This document shows positions 57,570 to 64,000 of a stretch of 64,000 nucleotides of DNA, piece by piece (position 1 is the stretch's first letter; each line of letters starts with the position of its first letter). Under the pieces are notes generated by a model. The model did no database searches and was not told the DNA's origin. It was given only the letters and a program-made list of their open reading frames with translations. The DNA comes from an uncultured Granulosicoccaceae bacterium (GTDB lineage: Bacteria; Pseudomonadota; Gammaproteobacteria; Granulosicoccales; Granulosicoccaceae): assembly GCA_937951345.1 (NCBI GenBank), contig CALFCF010000004.1:85341-149340 (forward strand). The letters run 5' to 3'. The translations under genes and the position numbers were made by a program.

Positions 57570-59272
57570 ACCAGATTAGTCAGGTCGCCTATCAAGTGAT
57601 GTGGAATCGACTGATATCAGTCGTCGAAGAGCAGGCTCAGGCGTTGGTTCGTACTGCGTTTTCAACGTCAGTGCGTGAGGCGGGGGATTTATCTGCCGGC
57701 GTGTACAACGATCAGGGTGAGATGCTGGCACAAGCAGTAACCGGCACACCCGGGCATGTCAATGCAATGGCCGATGCGGTTGGTCATTTTATTCGGCGTA
57801 TTGGCCGCGACAATATGTATGAAGGTGATGTGTACATCACTAATGACCCTTGGGAAGGTACTGGTCACCTACACGATATCACTGTCGTTACACCGTCGTT
57901 TTACCAAAGCCAGCTCATTGGTTTCTTTGCGTGCACTGCACACATTGTTGATATCGGCGGTCGGGGTTTTGGTGCAGACGCCAACTCTGTCTATGAAGAA
58001 GGTTTATATATCCCGATCATGAAATTTGCCGAACGCGGCAGCGTTGATCAGACACTGATCAAACTGATACGCGGCAACGTGCGTGAACCGGATCAATTAG
58101 TGGGTGATGTTTATGCGCTGGAAACCTGCAACGAAGTGGGACATCGTCGCCTGATTGATATGTTATCTGAATTCAACCTCAGCAACCTCGACGGCATTTC
58201 GCGTTTTATTATGGAAAACTCGCGCGCTGCAACACTGGCACGCATCAATGCACTGACGCCGGGTACTGCCGACGGCCATATGCGTATTGACGGTTACACA
58301 AATCCGATTGATCTGCACGTAAAATTAAGCATCGAGCAGGACCGTATGCACTGCGACTGGGAAGGAACGTCAGGGCTCGACAAAAAAGGGATCAACGTAC
58401 CGCTGGTGTACACCAAGGCTTACACCTGTTACGCACTGAAGTGTGCCATTGCTCCAGATATTCCAAACAATGCTGCATCGCTGGCACCGTTTGAAATCAC
58501 AGCACCGGAAAACAGCATTGTCAATGCAGTACACCCGGCACCGGTTGCGTTACGTCATGTCATCGGTCACATGGTGCCCGACACCGTATACGACGCGCTC
58601 GACAAGCTGCTTCCGAATACAGTACCGGCAGAAGGCGCCGGTAGTCTGTGTAACTTCCAGGTGTCGTTGCGTCCGCGCTCGGACGAAGATGCACCGGAGG
58701 ATGCAGTCAGATCAGAAGTCCTGACCTTCAACTCCGGTGGCTCGGGTGCACGCCCGACGCTCGACGGTATGAATGCAACCGCCTTTCCGTCAGGCGTCAT
58801 GACCATGCCGGTTGAAGCCACGGAACAAGTGGGACCGGTTATTATCTGGCGCAAGGAATTACGCCAGGATAGCGGTGGTGGCGGACAGTACCGTGGCGGA
58901 CTCGGACAGCATATGGAAGTGGGTGCCCGCGAGGGACACGAATTCGATATTCAAGCGATGTTTGATCGTGTTGACCATCCTGCACGCGGTCGACGTGGCG
59001 GACACAACGGTGCGCCAACAACTATCGCACAAGATGATGGAACACCGATGCAAGGCAAGGGTAAACAGTTTGTTCCTCACGGACGCAAAGTGATTATGGC
59101 TTTTCCGGGAGGTGCCGGTTACGGTGAGCCTGCGTCAAGAAGTAAACAGCAAGTGTGCAGTGATCTTGCCAACGGATACATCTCAAAACAAATGGCAATT
59201 GACACGTATGGCTTATCGTCGGCTGAGGCCAGCGACGTATTGCAACGTTCTAAAAATGGTGACTCTATCTAG
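57566..59272 (+). CDS. hyuB: Hydantoinase/oxoprolinase B subunit (HyuB family)
   Basis: 568 aa. Hydantoinase_B-type segments are VMWNRLISVVEEQAQALVRTAFSTSVREAGDLSAGV and NDPWEGTGHLHD. It overlaps hyuA by 4 nt. Confidence 0.85.
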   Translation: MNQISQVAYQVMWNRLISVVEEQAQALVRTAFSTSVREAGDLSAGVYNDQGEMLAQAVTGTPGHVNAMADAVGHFIRRIGRDNMYEGDVYITNDPWEGTGHLHDITVVTPSFYQSQLIGFFACTAHIVDIGGRGFGADANSVYEEGLYIPIMKFAERGSVDQTLIKLIRGNVREPDQLVGDVYALETCNEVGHRRLIDMLSEFNLSNLDGISRFIMENSRAATLARINALTPGTADGHMRIDGYTNPIDLHVKLSIEQDRMHCDWEGTSGLDKKGINVPLVYTKAYTCYALKCAIAPDIPNNAASLAPFEITAPENSIVNAVHPAPVALRHVIGHMVPDTVYDALDKLLPNTVPAEGAGSLCNFQVSLRPRSDEDAPEDAVRSEVLTFNSGGSGARPTLDGMNATAFPSGVMTMPVEATEQVGPVIIWRKELRQDSGGGGQYRGGLGQHMEVGAREGHEFDIQAMFDRVDHPARGRRGGHNGAPTTIAQDDGTPMQGKGKQFVPHGRKVIMAFPGGAGYGEPASRSKQQVCSDLANGYISKQMAIDTYGLSSAEASDVLQRSKNGDSI

Positions 59273-59356
59273 CCTAGACGCTGCTTAGAAGTAGCATCTG
59301 ACTCAGCGTCTGACTCGCAATCGATTTTACCTATCTCGAACATCCCAATCGTTCCA

Positions 59357-59809
59357 ATGGACAGTAAATCCACCCACGAAACACATTCCCGCAATGACCG
59401 GAGCGGTCACTGTTTATGCGGTGATGTTTCGTGGCAATACACGGGTGAACATACCTGGGCCTGTTACTGCCACTGCGATGACTGCCGCCGTAATTGCGCT
59501 GCACCTGTTGTTGCCTTTATCGGTGTCAGGCTGGACGACTTTGCCTGGACCGGGCAACAACCAGCACACTATGCCTCATCACCCGGTGTTAAACGATACT
59601 TCTGCAACCGTTGCGGAACGCCCATGGCGTTTCAGGCAGAACACTACGAGGGCGAAATTCATGTCTATGCGGCGTCGCTACAGAACCCGGGCATGTTTGA
59701 GCCGGCCTTTCACGTGCATACCGATGAACAATTACCGTGGTTGAAACTGCAGGACAATTTGCCTCGTCATGCCGGCTCTGCGGAGTCTACCCCGGCTTCT
59801 GACGGGTGA
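59357..59809 (+). CDS. GFA-family (CENP-V/glutathione-dependent formaldehyde-activating-like) zinc protein
   Basis: 150 aa with the Cys pattern CLCGDV...CYCHCDDCRR...FCNRCGTPM. Confidence 0.7.
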   Translation: MDSKSTHETHSRNDRSGHCLCGDVSWQYTGEHTWACYCHCDDCRRNCAAPVVAFIGVRLDDFAWTGQQPAHYASSPGVKRYFCNRCGTPMAFQAEHYEGEIHVYAASLQNPGMFEPAFHVHTDEQLPWLKLQDNLPRHAGSAESTPASDG

Positions 59810-60058
59810 TTTGACGATAACGGGTTTGACAAGAAGTCTTACCCAAACCTGAAGCGCTCGATATCTACCGGACGGCACCGGCAATTTACTGCCGAGCAGC
59901 TCACATCAATAACTGTGCGGCGTGTCAATGAATTTCAAATCTACGCTGGAACTAGTTTGAGGCTGTTCTGTCTACTGCCGCAAAGGTAGGATGTTTAGCT
60001 GGTTAAACACCCGGACATCATTTGCAGATTTACAAGTATCTCAGGAGCTCAAGGAACC

Positions 60059-60463
60059 ATGATACGGCCCATATTTATCGCAGCAGCTTTCGCAATCACA
60101 TCCACTGTGGTAACAACCTTCAGCTCTCCGGCTATTGCATCCGGAGGCGGTGGCTATGATACCGGCAGTTTCTCGCAACAGCGGATTGATCAACTGTACG
60201 AACTAGGTAAAGCCTACTACAAGGCACCGCAGGCTGACGGTAAACGATTGGAATACTGCATTAAAACGAATGACGGCTTGAAAAAGCTAAGCCGCAGTTC
60301 AGTCAGACCATTCAAACGTGGTGCAGCCGCAACGTTTGTAAACAGTCTTTACAGCTGCCAGGACCCGTCGTTGAAAATTTCAGATGCTGTGGCTGACGAT
60401 CAGGGCGATGCCATACTGCATTACCTGAACAAGCGGTTTAAGCTCCGTCTAGCCGGCAGCTGA
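60059..60463 (+). CDS. Small secreted hypothetical protein
   Basis: 134 aa with a signal peptide (MIRPIFIAAAFAITSTVVTTFSSPAIA). I recognised no motif. Confidence 0.45.
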   Translation: MIRPIFIAAAFAITSTVVTTFSSPAIASGGGGYDTGSFSQQRIDQLYELGKAYYKAPQADGKRLEYCIKTNDGLKKLSRSSVRPFKRGAAATFVNSLYSCQDPSLKISDAVADDQGDAILHYLNKRFKLRLAGS

Positions 60464-60508
60464 TCAATCCGCCTTTGAAAACCGACACTATCAACAGCCG
60501 GTTCTTTG

Positions 60509-61966
60509 TTAACAATTGGTGCGTTGGCGTGCGCTGCGGCTGATAGTCCAGGCAATAAACGGGATAGTTATTGCCAGACTGTACTCCACTACAATCACAG
60601 GCAGGGGTAGCTGCAACGCTGTAGCACCCGTTGCTGCAACGTAACTCCCGTACCAGTACGACATCAACACAACCGCGCTGGCAGTCCATGACCACCAGCG
60701 CGGAAACAGTGTGGCGAACGGTAAAATCCAGGCGACATACCATGGATTAATCACCGGCAGCGATAACAGGAACAACATAAACACCCAGTCCCCGCGAAAT
60801 GCCGCTGCGGATTGCACCCACCAGTCAGTTGACCCACCCGTCTCCGGATCAGCACTGCACCTATCCGCGCTGCGTGTTAATCGTCGAACGAACACAAGCA
60901 GCAAATAGCCGGCAAACAAGCCGAGCAAAATCAGTTTGATCGATTGAAACTGAAATACATTCAGTAATATCAGGTAGACCGGGGCGTTAAATAACCAGCT
61001 ATCTGCCATAGCACACAACCCCTCCGGCACCCAGATCGTAAACGTGCCATACCAAAAGGTAACGGCCGAAAGCGTCAGCAGAAATCCGGCACCGGCAATT
61101 GCGACCTGTTTAAACCAGTCAGACCAGGAGTCCCGCCTGATACCGCTGACCAGAAAGGGTAAAACAAGTATCGCAAAGACCTTACAGGCGAAGGCCAGGC
61201 CGAGGCAGGTACCGGCGAAAAAAAGCATTCTGCGAGAAAGCAGATAAATGCTCATGAAAACGAACAGGATGGCAAAGACATCCGGGTGCGCAGTCAGGGA
61301 AAATTCCTTCAACAACAACGGCGACCACGCATAGAGCAACAGGGCGTTACCGGCACCCAGTCTCCAGAGCAACAGCATAATCAGCAAGTCAGCAAAGCCT
61401 GCCAGCAGTTGCAACGGCCGAACATCAGCGGACTGGATCCAGTACGCAAGCGCGAATATCCATTCGGTTACCGGGCCGTAAACTGTGGCTATCTCCGGGT
61501 AGTTGATCAGCGAAAGAATTTCTTCAAACTCCACTGGCACATCAACATCAAAATAGTCCGACGGTGGTTTTGAATAAGGGTTACCTGTGGTTGCTGTCTG
61601 ATAGCCATCCCACAGGTAGCGGTAAAAATCATCTTCAAACAGTGGCTCCCCGGTCATCGACAGCAGACGCAGGGCCACCGCTGTTGCGAAAATCCATGTT
61701 AACGGTATTTTTTCGCAGTTTTTATGCGCATGTGCGAGTGCCGCCAGCGTGCAGAAAAGCATTCCCGATGCGCACAGCAATACCCCCACCAGGGCGTGCG
61801 GACCGGGCTGTCGTGATATATGGCAGATCACCAGCCACAGCAACGCAACGACCAAACTTGAGGCAAAAAGTACGTTTTTTTGCCGAATCCGGTAGAAACT
61901 ACACAAATTCAGCTTTAAAGATGAAAACCCGTATTGCCGTTGTTGAACCATTGAAATCAACCGCAC
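60509..61966 (-). CDS. GT-C-fold integral-membrane glycosyltransferase (DUF2029/GT87-like)
   Basis: 485 aa of polytopic membrane protein. The first periplasmic loop carries FEDDFYRYLWDG, the DDxxRYxWDG signature of polyprenyl-phosphate-sugar-dependent GT-C enzymes. The start is uncertain. Confidence 0.6.
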   Translation of the reverse strand: MRLISMVQQRQYGFSSLKLNLCSFYRIRQKNVLFASSLVVALLWLVICHISRQPGPHALVGVLLCASGMLFCTLAALAHAHKNCEKIPLTWIFATAVALRLLSMTGEPLFEDDFYRYLWDGYQTATTGNPYSKPPSDYFDVDVPVEFEEILSLINYPEIATVYGPVTEWIFALAYWIQSADVRPLQLLAGFADLLIMLLLWRLGAGNALLLYAWSPLLLKEFSLTAHPDVFAILFVFMSIYLLSRRMLFFAGTCLGLAFACKVFAILVLPFLVSGIRRDSWSDWFKQVAIAGAGFLLTLSAVTFWYGTFTIWVPEGLCAMADSWLFNAPVYLILLNVFQFQSIKLILLGLFAGYLLLVFVRRLTRSADRCSADPETGGSTDWWVQSAAAFRGDWVFMLFLLSLPVINPWYVAWILPFATLFPRWWSWTASAVVLMSYWYGSYVAATGATALQLPLPVIVVEYSLAITIPFIAWTISRSARQRTNC

Positions 61967-61977
61967 TCTGAATAGGC

Positions 61978-62721
61978 GTGTACAGAGACCGCAAAGTGTG
62001 CGTAATTATACCGGCCCTGAATGAGGCACCTTCTATTGGCCGCGTAATCGATGGTCTGCTGGCGCTGTCGGTCAGTGATGGTCATGAGCCATCACTCAGG
62101 GTTGTAGATGATGTCGTTGTCGGTGACAACGGTTCAACCGATGACACAGCAGCGATCGCACACCGCGCCGGCGCACAGGTAGTGACAGAAACAGACCCCG
62201 GGTACGGTTCAGCCTGTCTGGCTGCCCTTTCGGCACCTGTTGAAAAAGATATTGTAGTTTTTGTAGACGGTGACCATTCCGTGGTCGCCGATGAGCTAAC
62301 GACGCTGCTCGATCCGATAGTAGAAGGCGCGGACATCGTCATAGGCTCGCGAACGCTGGGGAATTGTCATAAAGGTGCATTATCGATACCACAGCGATTC
62401 GGTAATCGTGTTGCCGGCATATTAATTCGCGTGCTGTGGAATACAAAGGTGACTGATCTCGGGCCGTTTCGTGCAGTGACTAACGAGGCGTTGAGCAAAA
62501 TCGGTATGCAGGACAGACGCTTTGGTTGGACGGTTGAAATGCAAGTCCGGGCAATTCAGTTGACATTGAAAATGGTTGAGGTTCCGGTCACGACACGAGT
62601 GCGGATCGGTAAATCGAAAATAGGTGGGACGGTAAAAGGCGTTATCGGAGCGTCGCAAGGTATTTTGGGCACAATTTTTAAGTTGTATCTGAAAGGACGC
62701 AAATCAGGCGAGTACAAGTAA
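61978..62721 (+). CDS. GT2 glycosyltransferase (polyprenyl-phosphate hexose synthase / DPM1-like)
   Basis: 247 aa with VCVIIPALNEAPSIGRVI, VVGDNGSTDDTA and VFVDGDHS (DxD-like). Confidence 0.75.
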   Translation: MYRDRKVCVIIPALNEAPSIGRVIDGLLALSVSDGHEPSLRVVDDVVVGDNGSTDDTAAIAHRAGAQVVTETDPGYGSACLAALSAPVEKDIVVFVDGDHSVVADELTTLLDPIVEGADIVIGSRTLGNCHKGALSIPQRFGNRVAGILIRVLWNTKVTDLGPFRAVTNEALSKIGMQDRRFGWTVEMQVRAIQLTLKMVEVPVTTRVRIGKSKIGGTVKGVIGASQGILGTIFKLYLKGRKSGEYK

Positions 62722-62784
62722 AGCTGCTGGAATTTTGCAATCAATGTTAGACCACAACAGAACGTACAAGGAACACACAAGATA

Positions 62785-63651
62785 ATGCGTAAGCCATGGA
62801 TCGCAATTATTGCTATCGGCGCGATAGTGCTTACGTTGGCAGCCTTTGGCTACTACCGCTATTTAGGCAGTACCAATAACGCTGTGCTGGACGATCGTTG
62901 GGCAACCTTTGACGACAGCAGTGAAACATCGGTAGACAATAGTGTGTGGCAGCAGATTCTTGACGATTACCTGGTAACAGACACCAACTCCGGTGTGTAC
63001 CTGTTCGACTACGAAGGTCTGCTTGATGATGGTCGCGAATCGATTGACGGGTACGTCGAATTGCTTGAATCAACCGACCCACTCAAGCTTAATCGCCAGG
63101 AACAGAAGTCCTACTGGATAAATCTGTACAACGCCGCAACCGTTCAGTTGATCATCGACAACTACCCACTTAATTCCATAACCACACTCGGGAATAATCC
63201 GGTGGATTTTGGACCCTGGAACGATGATGCTGTGACTGTTAACGACATTGATCTGAGTCTCAATGACGTTGAACATCGGATCATCCGGCCGCTCTACAAC
63301 GACTATCGTATTCACTTTGGCGTCAACTGCGCCAGCATCGGCTGCCCGGACCTGGCGACAACGGCCTACAACGCCGAACAAATCGATCAGCAGCTGGATG
63401 ACGCCGCCGCACGATATCTTGCACACCCGCGTGGGTTGCGTATCGAGAACGGGAAATTACACCTCTCAACCTTATTCGAGTGGTATAGCTCTGACTTCGG
63501 TGAATCATTAAGCGAAGTGCTGACAACACTCGGAAAACACACCCCGGACAACATCCGCACTCAGCTGGCCGAGTATGCCGGTGAGCCTGAATATGCCTAT
63601 GACTGGTCCTTGAACGGATATTGCAGTGAAGAAGGCGGTTGCGGCCAATAA
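62785..63651 (+). CDS. DUF547-domain protein with an N-terminal membrane anchor
   Basis: 288 aa. YWINLYNAATVQLIIDNYPLNSI and RIHFGVNCASIGCPDL are typical of DUF547. Confidence 0.65.
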   Translation: MRKPWIAIIAIGAIVLTLAAFGYYRYLGSTNNAVLDDRWATFDDSSETSVDNSVWQQILDDYLVTDTNSGVYLFDYEGLLDDGRESIDGYVELLESTDPLKLNRQEQKSYWINLYNAATVQLIIDNYPLNSITTLGNNPVDFGPWNDDAVTVNDIDLSLNDVEHRIIRPLYNDYRIHFGVNCASIGCPDLATTAYNAEQIDQQLDDAAARYLAHPRGLRIENGKLHLSTLFEWYSSDFGESLSEVLTTLGKHTPDNIRTQLAEYAGEPEYAYDWSLNGYCSEEGGCGQ

Positions 63652-63708
63652 ACGGAAAACATCTTTACCTGACAAGAGCACTGGTATTTCCAGGAATTTT
63701 AAAAAACA

Positions 63709-64000
63709 ATGAATCATAAATTTCGTTTAACTACATTACTTGCACTGACGCTTTCCAGCGGCGCCTTGTTCGCCGATGGATCACCCTGGGTTCCCGCACA
63801 TGGCTCAACGACATTGAGCGCAAATGTGACCAGCGGTTCTACAGAAGACTTTTTCGCTGGTGAAGACACTATCAATCTGGGCGGCGAACTCAGCGGTACC
63901 TATCTATGGCTAAACGCCATCTACGGTTACGATGATATATGGGCTTTTGATGCACGTATTGGTTATGCTGAAACAGAACTTAGCTCGAACTCACTGAACG
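63709..64000 (+). CDS. Putative outer-membrane beta-barrel protein, N-terminal 97 codons only (continues past the window end)
   Basis: Not in the ORF track. ATG 63709 gives MNHKFRLTTLLALTLSSGALFADGSPW..., a signal peptide followed by alternating beta-strand-like segments. The frame stays open to the window end. Confidence 0.5.
   Translation, partial: MNHKFRLTTLLALTLSSGALFADGSPWVPAHGSTTLSANVTSGSTEDFFAGEDTINLGGELSGTYLWLNAIYGYDDIWAFDARIGYAETELSSNSLN

Noticed and set aside
1-64000. A search by eye for CRISPR arrays, tRNA/rRNA genes, toxin-antitoxin pairs and known defence-system genes
   Set aside because: I saw no regularly spaced repeat arrays, cloverleaf-like conserved tRNA ends, rRNA signatures, or nuclease/helicase/methylase gene sets. 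A tRNAscan, Infernal or DefenseFinder run would be needed to be definitive.

Overview
This 64-kb window looks like chromosomal DNA from a Gram-negative bacterium, probably a marine gammaproteobacterium. That guess rests on gene content only and is not verifiable here. I recognised no rRNA or tRNA genes, CRISPR arrays, transposases, integrases or phage genes by eye.

Main blocks, in order:
1. 1-11068 (-): a non-canonical Pel exopolysaccharide locus, galE-like, pelC, pelD, pelE, pelF, pelG, then a pelA-like gene. The pelA-like gene runs off the left edge, so it is missing from the ORF track. No pelB is visible.
2. 12194-17438 (+): a tightly packed 7-gene operon. It includes a SAM methyltransferase, a cupin with the DMSP-lyase metal motif, a homocysteine S-methyltransferase and an agmatinase-family ureohydrolase.
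3. 17.5-33.9 kb: assorted metabolic and transport genes, plus a REC-GGDEF diguanylate cyclase preceded by a perfect CRP-type palindrome.
4. 34007-35997 (-): a cysteine-dioxygenase-like cupin coupled to a GAD/CSAD-type PLP decarboxylase, suggesting hypotaurine/taurine synthesis.
5. 37156-43600 (-): a cobalamin riboswitch followed by btuB, an unknown lipoprotein and btuFCD.
6. 44811-54119: the most unusual region. A membrane-embedded hybrid histidine kinase overlaps a 1624-aa ChoD-like GMC oxidoreductase / alpha-beta hydrolase fusion. A signal-less PhoD-like phosphoesterase follows, and a convergent LuxR-type response regulator closes the module. Two near-identical 39-bp palindromes bracket it, and copies of a second inverted-repeat family lie inside it.
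7. 54.4-64 kb: a nitrilase-family hydrolase, hydantoinase/oxoprolinase A and B, a GFA protein, and a GT-C / GT2 / DUF547 envelope glycosylation cluster.

All functional calls come from motifs I read in the translations. No database search was run.
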